Assembly (NCBI GenBank): GCA_964187785.1
Contig: OZ076409.1
Location: forward strand, 86,058,001 to 86,122,000
Reading direction: 5' to 3'
Origin: Amphiscolops sp. MND2022
Taxonomy: Eukaryota
Length of the DNA: 64,000 nt
Position numbers and translations under genes: made by a program
Notes under the pieces: model-generated
Told to the model about the DNA's origin: nothing
What the model saw: only the letters and a program-made list of their open reading frames with translations
Databases searched by the model: none
Shown: positions 39,140-52,206 of the stretch, piece by piece
How the letters are laid out: every line of letters begins with the position of its first letter
Position numbering within the stretch: position 1 is the stretch's first letter

Positions 39140-42100
39140 AAAATCAATAGATGCTTGATTCTGATCCTCCTGTTTCCTCCCGTTTGATATCTCTACGTTT
39201 CTGGTTACATTTGTACCTTCCATTCATATTTTCTTTCTGTGCGAATGAGTACCCTTGCGAAACACCCATCTTTTCAGCAGTTTGTGCTTGTTTGATCAAA
39301 TGCGTGACATTTATGTGATGAATTCCGGTTTTCGTGTGTTGCAGAATTCACAAGGCTTGGTGTTCTCAAATTTTCTTTTCGGTTTTGTTCCAATTACAAT
39401 ACAGAATACTACATAAAACGTATATCAATTCAATCTCACAAACAAAAGATTTGGTGTTGGCGACGCCAACTCCTTCATTTTTTCCGAATACCTCAAGCTG
39501 AAACCACTTGAAAATTTTCTGTGAACAGCATCGAAAGCTTGCCAGGAACCATCGAAAGCTTGTCTTGAAACCAGGAAGATTCCTTGTCTTTGATTTCAAC
39601 CAGAAATACCAATACAAATGTAGTTTGTTTTTTATTCTGCCGGATTGAAAAATTTATCAGAACAAATGACAAAACGATTACTATAAGTTTGGTCAAGTTT
39701 CATACAGCGCCGACTAACAACTATTGATTGCGTTATCTAAGAAGTAAAACGTCTTCAACTGTCTACAATTATAAATATATTGTCAAAAGGTTTAGATCAA
39801 AGACAATTTTTTTGTTTCAACAAAAATTTCTTTCCTTTTTATACGATACGAACTTTCGACGTTGATCTTCAGAGAATCCCACCTTTTTATTGGCCAGGTG
39901 TAAAATTAGTCCTATATCACCTCAAGGATTAGTGGGTCTTTTTTGTTATTTACGTTATATCAGATTAGGAAGATTTATTATTCGACAGTTATTAGATCGC
40001 AACATTCACCTGGCAAAACATAAAACATTTCTTGTAAAAAATAGTTTGGATATTGCGCATTTTTTTGCTATATCAGGAAACGGGAGGTTTTAGTATAGTT
40101 GAACTTGAAAACAAAAGATAATGCTGCTTCCAAGTTTCTCGCCCGGACCACTAGACCAAATGGTCAAGACCTTGTCAGTTGTTCAGTAGTTTCTCGCTGA
40201 AACTTGGAAAAAAAAGTTTTTCCAAAAAATCAGAAGAATATTTTCCTCTGTCAGAGAAAAAGTAAAATCCAAAGACCACTAATGAATTCAGTAGAAGATC
40301 CCGTTTCACTATAGCGCATATTGACCAAAAAACACAACTGCATTACCAAAATGTTTCTCTGAACAACTTCATTGTGATTTTTAGGGATAATGAACTGAAA
40401 CAGCTATTACGACTCCGACCGCGTATGATTTTTTGTTTCAAAACTTTTGAGAATTCGCTAAAATTTCAGGACCCAAAAAATTTTCTAGGATGAGTACTAT
40501 CTTAATGGCAAAGTTTTTGCTGACATACGTAGCTGTTAAAAATGCACAGAGGTTGAAATGTACTCCATTCGTTGATCAGGGCGAAATCTGATTTGGAACC
40601 AGACAGCATGCTCGTGGTAATACGATCTCAGCGAAAATACAAAGCGGAAATCTCATCGATGAGCACCAATACTAGTGCGGGGAACTTTTTGCAAAATACA
40701 GTAAAATCTCAGCCAAATATTGTGCCAATTTTGTGAAACAACTGAATTCTAAACACAAAAATTAGTTCCTGTGTTCTAAACACAAAAAACATCAATGTTT
40801 TGGAAACAAAATCTTGTTAGCACTTCGCGCTCAATTTCACAAGCACGGCTCTTCGGATACAGTCCTGTGATAGAAGAATGGACCCGTACTGAGATCCCAT
40901 CGCAGTTCATCGATGGCCATCGCAGTCCCATGGGGGCTGTCACAGTCCGCGCCCGGCCTGGATTGAATTAAAAGCAAACTAAAATAATATAGGTCACCGC
41001 TTCGCCAATACGATTGAAATTGCGTCGCGACTACGCTACGTCACAGCTATGGCAGCTAGCTAGAATTTCATTCCAAATTGTGACGTCAGCATGTCGTCTA
41101 ACTTGGCAGCTAGTCAGAAATTCATTCCAAAATGTGACGTCAGCATCTCGTCTAACTTGGCAACTAGCTAGAAAGTATTCCAAATCAGACGACGATATGA
41201 CGTCACAGCTATGGCAGCTAGCTAATTTTCATTCCAATTTTACGTCCACTATATCGACGGACTAAGTCTAATACTAATACGTACGTCCACGTTACGTCGC
41301 AAATCCATCAAAATAGCTGTTTTAATCCATCCAAAACACCACATTTACGTCCACGCTACATCCACTATAATGGCGGACTAAGTGTAATACCAAATTTACG
41401 TCCACTCTACGTCCCAAATTTATAAAATTAGGCGTTTTAGTCTGTATCAAACTTAAAAGAAGCTTCATTTACTACGGTAAAATTAATCGAAGCTAGAATA
41501 TGAATCAACGTCAACACTACGTCGCAATATAACTAACCAAACCAAATTTTGAATCTACGTCAGTATTGCGTCGACTAAGATTCAATTCGAACGGAATATG
41601 GTATTTAAGCCAGGATTTTTCAGACTAACTTAAAATAACAGTGTTTTAACACTATTTAAATTGGAGAGTCACAGTTTATATTCAATTTGTGTTAATAAAG
41701 TGAAGTCCAAGCTGGATTTTAAATGTACGTTTTGACTACCTAATTTCATAAGTTCATATGCTGTTTGACGATGTCACGTCGTCTTTTATTGTTGCTCAAA
41801 GGTGTTGCTCCTAACTTTAATCAGATAAATATTTATCAATTGTTGAAATATATAATTGTTTAGCCTCATGTAAATCAGTCACTCTCTTAGCATCACCAAA
41901 TTGCCTAAATCAAGATAATTAGTCATAATTTTCTTTAAGTGGAAATTCAAAATCAGGTATTAGTTGTTCACGTCAGCGTCATCTCCGCGTCGGTTTCTTA
42001 CGAACCAAAGCAGAAAAACGGGGAAGTATTTCCGGTTTGACAGACTGAAGTAATATCTACTTCCTGCTTGGGAGGAAACAAAAGGACGCTGGAATGAAAT

Positions 42101-42623
42101 GATATGATCATGATTGATGTCTAATACTAGATTAGAATTGCCGCGTCTTAAAAATTGACGAAATGCTGACGAAGATCAAAGTTTTACCGCAAAATTACAG
42201 GAAGTGACTAATATCTCGATGGAAATTAAAGTACGCGAGTATGAACAGATGATGCTAGGAGGGTATATATAGCTTGTACCTGTAAACTTATTCATTCAAT
42301 TTCTGATTCAATCTGCTGTCTTGTATCAATTTCTACTTTGTTTTGTTAAAACAATTACTCTGCAAACTTCAATTCAAAATTGATAAATCCGAAAATCTTT
42401 TCATCAAGAGAAGCTAGAAAAAAGAATGTAAGAAGAAACAAAAATAATCAGAAATGTACAGAACAACGACCCTAACAGGATTCGTTACATGGTGACAGGA
42501 GTTTTGGACCTTTCAACAAATGTACCCAAGAAAACCTCAGCTTAAACTACCGTCCAAAGAGCGTCCCTGCACATTGCGAAAACTCTTCGCCCCAAAAACG
42601 AAGACGAACATACACTAATTGAG

Positions 42624-42760
42624 CAACGCAACCCAAACGGCAAATGGAGACTACTTGTTGACCGACTGATGATAAACGAGTTAAAATTCGACGACTACAC
42701 CAACAACACTCAACCCGTCACCGTCAGTACATCGTCAGATGCAGTCCAACACCTGCCGAA
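42624..42760 (+). pseudogene. Gypsy RT N-terminal relic
   Basis: QRNPNGKWRLLVDRLMINELKFDDYTNNTQPV resembles the Ty3/Gypsy K-x-x-G-x-x-R-x-x-x-D-x-R-x-x-N motif. Confidence 0.65.
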
Positions 42761-43181
42761 GACATCGTTTACCACAACACGAGGTTCCAAAAGCTGGCAA
42801 CATAACCCTGGGGCGTTACCTTTGCCCAGAGTCGGGTGAATTAGCTCACATCGGTAAGTGTTAAAAAAAAAGAAAAACTAGACTCTTCCTGAGGCCGAGA
42901 TGTGCGTTCGAAAGATGACAAAGACGTAGTCACTGAAGCACACATTCCCGAATCGACTAGTCAGAAAATCTAAGCTATGAACATACAAATGCAGAAAAGG
43001 CCTATCTGCAGTTTCGTATGATTCAGAAAAGCTTAATGGAACGGGGAATATTACAAACCTAAGGGTTGTTGAATAACCAGCGCGTCGGCGTCACTGATAC
43101 GCACATCTCCCTCAGAGAACAAAAATGAGTCTAATTATCACTTTGCAGATCATGATCTTTTAAGACCAAATTGATCTGAAA

Positions 43182-43403
43182 ATGACCGGGTTACAACAGC
43201 CCATATACAAAGATGACGCAAGATTGACGTCGCAAACGACCGGGTTATAACAGCCCATATACAAAGACGACGCAGGATTGACGTCGCAAATGACCGGGTT
43301 ATAACAACCAATATACAAAGACGACGCAGTATTGACGTCGCAAATGACCAGGGTTATAACAGCCCAATACTGATACGATGTCATTATGACGTCAACAGTG
43401 ACC
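43182..43403 (+). repeat. 54-bp tandem repeat, three copies plus a degenerate fourth
   Basis: Unit ATGACCGGGTTATAACAGCCCATATACAAAGACGACGCAGGATTGACGTCGCAA at 43182, 43236, 43290, 43344. Confidence 0.9.
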
Positions 43404-46400
43404 GCAAAAAATTGAAGTTGGATTATCGCTAACAAAATTGACGTCATCAAAACGGTGACAAATTCAAAAATTAGCTATGCTAACGAACTTGACGTCAGCA
43501 AAACGTTGACATCTTTGGTCAAACGAATTAATTTAAATCGTGGCCAATAAAAACGTGACGTTGGCAAAACGTCAACACCTGGGACTATAAAGGAATTGAA
43601 AGACAGCTTCTACCACCTCCCAAAAAGTGCTATACCGAACTACAGAGTGGTACCGGAAATGTCACATTCCTCTGGGAAAGCGTACAACCAAAACAATCCT
43701 CTCTTCAGTTTCGACAACCCCATGAGAGGGGCCCTGTCACAGTCCGCGCCCGGCCTGGATTGTGGTTGCCAAGAGGCGCAGTTTGGACGTGATCATGGAT
43801 GCATTATGAAAACAGTTAGACTATCTTATTAAACTGAAATAAACTGTGACAAGTTAAAACCATCAAAATCTAAATTATGAATGATTTCAGAACCTAAAAA
43901 CATTCCGAGATAATTTCACACATTTCCGGACATGCGTAGTGATGACAGTAGAATTTTAATCATTTTCCTGCAAAATACAACCGAGACATATCATTGGAAT
44001 TACTTGTCGCAAAAAGAACGAAACTAAGTCAAAATTTAGGACTAAAGAAAACAAAAACAATTTGATAACCAATTAATTGACGGTAAAATACTTCCCTAAC
44101 ATCATCTCGTTCATTTTATCAAGCTCCCGAGAACCATTCGTCCTATGAGAGTGGCCCTGTCACAGTCCGCGCCCGGACTGGATTGAATTAAAAGCAAACT
44201 AAAATAATATAGGTCACCGCTTCGCCAATACGATTGAATTTGCGTCGCGACTACGCTACGTCACAGCTATGGCAGCTAGCTAGAATTTCATTCCAAATTG
44301 TGACGTCAGCATGTCGTCTAACTTGGCAGCTAGTCAGAAATTCATTCCAAAATGTGACGTCAGCATCTCGTCTAACTTGGCAACTAGCTAGAAAGTATTC
44401 CAAATCAGACGACGATATGACGTCACAGCTATGGCAGCTAGCTAATTTTCATTCCAATTTTACGTCCACTATATCGGCGGACTAAGTCTAATACTAAAAC
44501 GTACGTCCACGTTACGTCGCAAATCCATCAAAATAGCTGTTTTAATCCATCCAAAACACCACATTTACGTCCACGCTACGTCCACTATAATGGCGGACTA
44601 AGTGTAATACCAAATTTACGTCCACTCTACGTCCCAAATTTATAAAATTAGGCGTTTTAGTCTGTATCAAACTTAAAAGAAGCTTCGTTTACTACGGTAA
44701 AATTAATCGAAGCTAGAATATGAATCAACGTCAACACTACGTCGCAATTTAACTAACCAAACCAAATTTTGAATCTACGACAACACTTCGTCAACTAATA
44801 TACTAGAAGTTGAGAAAACACATTTCTACGTCAGTATTGCGTCGACTAAGATTCAATTCGAACGGAATATGGTATTTAAGCCAGGATTTTTCAGACTAAC
44901 TTAAAATAACAGTGTTTTAACACTATTTAAATTGGAGAGTCACAGTTTATATTCAATTTGTGTTAATAAAGTGAAGTCCAAGCTGGATTTTAAATGTACG
45001 TTTTGACTACCTAATTTCATGAGTTCATATGCTGTTTGACGATGTCACGTCGTCTTTTATTGTTGCTCAAAGGTGTTGCTCCTAACTTTAATCAGATAAA
45101 TATTTATCAATTGTTGAAATATATAATTGTTTAGCCTCATGTAAATCAGTCACTCTCTTAGCATCACCAAATTGCCTAAATCAAGATAATTAGTCATAAT
45201 TTTCTTTAAGTGGAAATTCAAAATCAGGTATTAGTTGTTCACGTCAGCGTCATCTCCGCGTCGGTTTCTTACGAACCAAAGCAGAAAAACGGGGAAGTAT
45301 TTCCGGTTTGACAGACTGAAGTAATATCTACTTCCTGCTTGGGAGGAAACAAAAGGACGCCGGAAAGAAATGATATGATCATGATTGATGTCTAATACTA
45401 GATTAGAATTGCCGCGTCTTAAAAATTGACGAAATGCTGACGAAGATCAAAGTTTTACCGCAAAATTACAGGAAGTGACTAATATCTCGATGGAAATTAA
45501 AGTACGCGAGTATGAACAGATGATGCAAGGAGGGTATATATATAGCTTGTACCTGTAAACTTATTCATTCAATTTCTGATTCAATCTGCTGTCTTGTATC
45601 AATTTCTACTTTGTTTTGTTAAAACAATTACTCTGCAAACTTCAATTCAAAATTGATAAATCCGAAAATCTTTTCATCAAGAGAAGCTAGAAAAAAGAAT
45701 GTAAGAAGAAACAAAAATAATCAGAAATGTACAGAACAACGACCCTAACAGGAGTCATAGCAGGGGCCATCGGTGGCCATCAATGGTCCATCGATGGGCA
45801 TCGATGAGTTTTTTCTAACGATGATCCCATCGATGGGAATCGAAATTTTCCATCACAAAAATTCGTTCGACTTGGCCATGTTCAAAATTTCAACAAAACT
45901 CTGGCCATTTAAGTTTTTCATTCAGTCTATTTAAACTTTGTTTGGGATTTTGAGGGTGCCCAAACATTTTATTCGGAAATGAAGTTATACATAGTTATCC
46001 GTATTATTTACCTATGTGAAAAACCCCAAATTTTTTGATACAAAAACGTATTTTCAGTCAAATTTCTGCATATTTCAGATATTTTTCTTCTTACAAGCAG
46101 ATGGTTTTCTCTGCAATGGAAGCTCGATTCCGTCGCATTTTCATACGTATAATTGCAATTTTGCCAGGTTTTTCTGACTTTCCAGTGAAAAACTTCCAAA
46201 TTTCTTTTAATATAAATGCGTATTTTCAGTGATTTTCAGGCTCGAGAAAGCTTGCTCAGGCTCAAAAAGAAATGAGAGTAGGTTAAAATTAGATATACTT
46301 AACCCAAAAATGCTCCACAACAGCCCCCATGCGCTGGGCGATAGTTCAATTCCCATCGATGGCCATCGATGGGCCCATCGATGGGATTGAATGGAGTCTC

Positions 46401-46444
46401 AGTACGGGGAACCTTTGTTTTTGACATAAAAACGGGAGCCTATA

Positions 46445-46870
46445 TTTTTAGTCGGCGCTTCACGAAGTGAAACGCGACTATTATAGTGACTCTTTTGAAA
46501 AAAAATTCTTCAATCCACACGAATTGACCAAAAGAGTACTTGAAAGTTCTACAAAATTTTATGGTGCCAAATTGAATCATTTGACCTAGCGAACTGAACC
46601 AAAAAGGAGTTTTCACTTTTTCCGCGTTACATAACATATCGGGAGAGACTAAAGGGTGCCCCATTTCAGTTTTTTCGGCCTTGTAAGACTTTTTATAATA
46701 AACAAATTTTCCCCAATTGGTCCCCCTTTCAATTTTGTGATGTTTTGCAACATAGTGGATAAAAATCCCAAAGGGTCCCTCCTTTCAGTTTTTTTTCGGC
46801 ATTGTGAGACATTTTTTCGGAAATTGTTTTCAACGAAAGGTCCCTCTTCAATTTTTTGATGTTTTGCTCC
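46445..46870 (+). mobile_element. Helentron/DINE-like element, 3'-truncated
   Basis: Begins TTTTTAGTCGGCGCTTCACGAAGTGAAACGCGAC like 29393. Confidence 0.7.
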
Positions 46871-48241
46871 AGATTTCGAATTTCATACCACATTCAGAAC
46901 ACAAAGCAGTACGAAAACGTTAGCTAAGTGCGCTATACGGGATGTATGGTTTGCGGTCGATCTGTGGAAGCAATCAAAAGGGAGAGAGCGGCTTGGTATA
47001 TGGAAAGGTCTATCCCAAGAAATGAACCAGAAAATATAACACAACTAAGAAGGGAGGCCTACGAGAATGGTCTAAATGCCGGCTCTTTTCTTTTCCTTGC
47101 TCCCGCAGTGCTTCAGGCTGCCGCCGGTGACGGATCAATGATAACAACGACGGCAAGCGGACAGGATATTATACCGGGATCGCTACCAACCTACTAAGAG
47201 TGAAAACTTCTCTACAATAAAGACAAACTATGTACCCTAACAATCAGTAGTTAGTATTGTTTACGAGTTGCTATTTCAAAATATTAGGGTATTAGTCTGT
47301 TAACATTGCTGGATTGATCAAGTTACTGTAAATGTATTAGAATTGATACAAAACAATGGAAAACGAAGTTAACTGCAAAGCAATACGGAAACGAGTTCGA
47401 ATGATTCTGTATTTTTGTGGCAACAATGCTCAACAATATATTTTAGACAATCACAGTGCTCCTAATATTAGTGCTACAGCAATTCTGCCGGTTACGGCCG
47501 TTTGACAGTACTCCATACTATTTCATGATACTCCGGCTATATTTCATGATGCCGTATTTACTCCTTTTATGATGCTATTATTTTATTTGTCAAAGTCTCA
47601 TATGCACTGGTGCATTAAAATGCGATAAATACCTGCGTTTGCGGTGAAAGATAACTGATTAACCCGACACCTAGTACTGGTCTTTGGACCAGACCCGACC
47701 TTTAACTATAACCGTAACCGACAATGTGTTAATTGGAAAAATTGAGCAGCTCTGGCGTACAAGCCTTTTACACGTAATCTGCAATCTAATCTTTTCGACA
47801 TGAGCTATTAAGCCACGCGTGTTAACGCGTGTTGGTGATGATTATTTGTAATACCTTGTTTTGTTGACGTTCTTCGAGTAGCTATTTCTGATTGATAGTT
47901 TAGGGGTATTTGTTTGAAGTAGTTTTTTAGTTGCAAATACTTACTTGTCCCGTGAAATCCCGACAACCTTGATATCTCCTTAATGATGAGAATCACGTGA
48001 ATTAACAGGAATGTATCCACATAAAATCACGTGCTTCAGTGTAGTAAATTCTTTAGAATATGTAAAAAAATGTGAATGTCACCCTCTCAGGAGTATATAT
48101 ACAAGTATCCCGCCTGAGATGGACACAATTTTGTTTTGCCTATTCTGATAAAGATAACAAATAAAACAGTTATCACTGTTTAACTCATTCCATTTGGTTT
48201 TCCGAACAGAAGTAATTCGAATACTTATACTCGGAATCTCC

Positions 48242-48818
48242 ATGCCTACCACTAGAAAACAAAAGAAAGCTGGAAAGTCGAGGGAACAAGAAATGTTATC
48301 TTACATAGAAAATCTTGACATAATGCTAGGAGGGAATAGCTTAGAAAGGGAAGAAAGTGAATCTAGCAATTTAAGCTGAAGGCCTGAAAGTCCAAGTAAC
48401 GACACTTTGATGAATCAAAATGTTCACTCGCACTCGTGAACCAGAAACCAGGACTTATGCCCAAAATGGTCACATTATGAGAGAATTTGACTCTAATAGC
48501 GAGTTCAATAGATTGTCAGGTGAGTTGAATCAAAGGATCTCTCAAGAGATTGGTGACTTTATGAGCTCTGTCAGCTCCCAGATTCAGAGAGCCATAAATG
48601 AGGCTATAAATGATCAAACCTTACCTCAGATTCAGGCAACTATGAAGACCGGGCAAGGACATACACCCGAAAAAAGATGGCAAATTCCGGGTAGAAGACA
48701 GGGGTTCACTTCTGGCGAAGCCATTGACCGCAGGTTCAGAAGCAGCTCTAGAGATGAGTGTAATAGAGATTCTAATAGAAACGAAGTCCTAAACAACACT
48801 CATGACATGTTACGCTGA
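48242..48818 (+). pseudogene. Probable decayed 5' gag-like ORF of an LTR retrotransposon
   Basis: MPTTRKQKK basic start, coiled-coil-like segment, stop and frameshift; preceded by TATA-like tract, AATAAA and TGG PBS-like site at 48195. No diagnostic motif. Confidence 0.4.
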
Positions 48819-48985
48819 AAAAAAAAGAAACAACTTTTATATTTCAGGTCCTTGTTCCAAATGGTCCAATTTGACACCCTAAAGTTTCGTAGAACATTGA
48901 ACTATTTTGGTCAATTCGTCTGGATTGAAAGAAAAAGAGTCACTAGTATAATCGGGTTTCACTTCATGAAGTGCCTAATAAAAAA
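48805..48985 (-). mobile_element. Helentron/DINE-like element 5' fragment
   Basis: GAGTCACTAGTATAATCGGGTTTCACTTCATGAAGTGCC is the reverse complement of the family 5' end. Confidence 0.6.
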
Positions 48986-51344
48986 GACTCCGTTGTATAC
49001 CCAATGATAACACCTTCATCGCATTTCTTATATTGGAAAATGTCGATTGTCTTCGGATGTCTCCAAGGCATCAAAGATTGACTGTGCAATCAGAAAACGA
49101 CGATGAGTCAGACGATAAACCGATAAACATTTTAAAACATGACCCAATTAAAATGGTGCTTGAAAGAGACAAAAAATCGAAAACCTTATATGGAAAACTA
49201 AGTCTCGACCTTAATACACAGAGGTGTTGTTTGCTAACTTTTGTAATACTTGTAACTAAAATTTCAAGTGAACACGAATTTAAATCAAATTTCTATCGTA
49301 AGTAATCGTCTCGATAATCAATACTGCAGATCTCCGTAGTCCACCGGTTCGACTGGGGTGAATCATCGGTGACCACCAGTGGACTGCGATTGGTTGCCAA
49401 CCCGGAATGGAGTTCCATTCATCAATCCAGGACTGTAGCTTAACAATACTTACTTTGTAATCTCTTATTACTCGACGAGTATTACTCAAAGTTTGTTCTT
49501 CATTAGCGATAATCGAGTTATTTCCGACAACTTCCGCGTACCAACTCAACAGCATCCGGCGGATCCAAAAAATTTGAAAATATGGACTGGTTTCAAATAA
49601 TAAATTAGAATCCATTTGCTGTGAAAAGTTGATTAATGCAGGATTGTAGGTAATAGTAATTTTGGTAATCAGTATTGTCATAATTTTCAATTAAAATTAT
49701 TACAACAGGGTATTGGGGTGTGCTTGGTTGTTATTCACTGGTGATTAATTAAATTACCGCTGCAACGCATTATTGTTCTTTAAATATATTATTATATTTG
49801 TGTCAAAATAGATTTTCTGGCTCTTCGAATTTTCATCAGTATGCTACTCTAACAATTCAAGTTCCAGCTCAAATTGATGGCACTGGCCGATTGGAAAGGG
49901 AAGTTGGGTCCAAGCAGTTCCACTCGGAAACCACGTGACATGACTCATTCGTCTTTCGACCAATAACATTGGAGGGTTTGTGTAAAGTATGATAAGAGGG
50001 TGGTTAGGAGGAACTCTGTTGTCATATAGGTTGGGTCAAATAGGATTTGGTCAGTTGTATAAAATTCTGCAGTGAATAAATTGTGAGGTGAAATGAAGAA
50101 AATAAGAGACGAATTATTCAGTATAAAACAAAGTTATTCAGTATTCAGGATAGATGGTGAAAGAGGAGCTATCGATGCTCAGAAACTTGGGTTCCTTTCT
50201 GTAGACACTGTGGATGCATTTCCATGCATGTTCATTTGATTTTCTATAACTTCGATTGCTACCAGCCGATCGAATAATTGCTTTTGGACCTACACGATTG
50301 AATTGCATTTGTTAATTGCACTGAAGAACGAAGTATTTCCTTGGGTTGTGTGTGGTGGATGTCTTAGTGATACCAGTTGGTGAAAGTTGACAACTGATAA
50401 TCCGAGGAACGACTCAACGACTCTAAGCATTGGTGAATCAGCCATTTGGAAGAAATTCTCGTCACCTTTTTCAGATACTAGGTTCACAGCAGAATTTCCA
50501 ATCGAGCCCGAACACAGACTGCGAATTTTTTCCACGTTGTACTTGAACGATTATCTTGGAGTTTGAGACAGATATTATATAATTGTCAAAATTATTGCAT
50601 AATTGTGCATATATTGTAAGTGTTTGCGCGGCAGATTGTCTCAATAGCAGAAAAAGGTGGTAGAAAACGAGTTTCAATGCGCGGTTGAATTTGGCTTTTA
50701 TGTCACAATCTAGGGTTCCCGATTCCAGGGTTGCTTCGATACATGGGTGTTTGTAGAAAGTTGATTGAGTCATTAGTTTTGGCTTCTGTGTAGTCGATGG
50801 GCGCAATAGTTTTTGCCCTGTCAGGTTTTGGGTGCAGTGTTTGTCCCCGCTTGAACTTAGAAAAAGGTTGGTTTTGTAGCGAAAGTTTCAACTTTGAGTA
50901 CTGATCTAACTATCTGAAGCAACTCAAGGTTTCAGTTCTTAGTTTTGGACTGTAGTTGAAAAGCAGCCGGTTAACAGGGCGGTGGTCAACAGATTGTAAG
51001 CAAGGTATATAAAACTGTAAAACTCAAAGGTGGCTTTTGTTGGTAATCGCTGCTAAATGTCAGTGTTGTGCACCTTTGGCTTGACTTCCGTGGGAGTAAC
51101 AAGTTAGTTATGCGACGAGTAAAAACTGTTTTTTCTGTTAATCCATGGTCGTTAAAAACCAGGAATGACAGAGAATGGTCTTGCTGAGAAGCGGAAGCGT
51201 AAGTAGGGCATTAATCCATAGTTTCTATCATCTAATCAACCATCAAGTTAACTATATAGCCTCCGTTGCTGATTGAATAAATAATGACAAAGCGATGAAG
51301 CTTGTTTTTGCGAAGGTGTCGGTTATGCGATGCTGACGTAATTA

Positions 51345-51624
51345 TTATATAATATTGCAGTTGATGTAATTGAACCCGATGAGGATGGCGAACACGAGGA
51401 AGAGGAAGTAGAGAACTAGCATGACTACGCCCATGGCTTTGTTCAGTTTCCAGCGCATTCCCATGATGAGGAGAAAGATGAAGATGAGCATGGCGAAGAG
51501 CATGAGGATGTAGCAGAACATGCCGTCGCTCGTCACCGAGATGGCGAAGTAGTTTTCCGACGATAGAGTCGCCTTGTCTCCGAACGAGTTCAGGGCCACG
51601 TAGATTAACCACGGAATGGGAAGC
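51345..51624 (-). CDS. SLC24A: Na+/Ca2+-K+ exchanger, last coding exon
   Basis: (G)LPIPWLIY...ISVTSDGMFC...WKLNKAMGVVMLVLYFLFL...stop; acceptor TTACAG; phase-2 join to previous exon. Confidence 0.92.
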
Positions 51625-52206
51625 CTGTAATCAAAAACCCTCGGTTTAGTGCTTTGACTGCTAGCGATATAAAAAAACTGACATGTTTCTTTTTCCAGTA
51701 CACCACAAACTCGATACACAAAATTTCCGAACCATTTTTTGAGATGTCAATCTCTCACCTTATACTAGAACGTATGTACAATTCTGGTTAGAAATCGATA
51801 CGGTTGATTTTATGGAGTCGAAACATTGAGAAACTGATAAAACCTAGAAAGCTCTGAAGATGCAAATACATCTGAAAAATTTATGACGTTAATGAGCGCC
51901 CAAGAAGGCACTGTTTTGGAATTACGTGGGATTCCAAATTATGAACGTTCGGCTGTATGATCCTGAAAGATATTCAATTTTGTTGATTCGAATGAACATT
52001 TTATGTTGCATTTTGTTATTACGTTCAATAAATAGTTTACTTGTGAGTACACTGACAACCCAGGGCAACCCACCGGTGGCCACCGCACATCCCATCGCAG
52101 CCTCGCCGATTGCCACAGCGGTGGCTATGACACATTTTGTGGCGGCCAAGGATGGACCACCGGTGGCCACCACAAAATTGGTTATTACTGGAAATATATA
52201 TCTTAC

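Larger units (their letters stand above)
40938..45762 (+). mobile_element. Non-autonomous Gypsy-derived LTR element (LARD-like)
   Basis: LTRs 40938-42489 and 44158-45762 (~99% identical plus a 51-bp and a 2-bp indel); TSD GGGGC; PBS TGGTGACAGGAGT (tRNA-Leu-like) at 42490; PPT-like GAGAGTGGCCC; no long ORF. Confidence 0.92.
40882..46408. mobile_element. CMC/EnSpm-like MITE hosting an LTR element
   Basis: TIRs CCCGTACTGAGA / TCTCAGTACGGG, 2-bp TSD GA, CCATCGATGG subterminal repeats at both ends. Confidence 0.85.

Noticed and set aside
42100..42960. Hammerhead ribozyme (retrozyme) in the non-autonomous LTR element
   Set aside because: CTGACGA/CTGAGG...GAAA strings occur, but I could not build the required stems around them; an Infernal search would settle it.
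43182..43403. CRISPR-like array or repeat protein (minus ORF 43160-43450)
   Set aside because: Units are contiguous with no unique spacers, there are no cas genes and the context is eukaryotic; the ORF stays open mainly because 54 is a multiple of 3.
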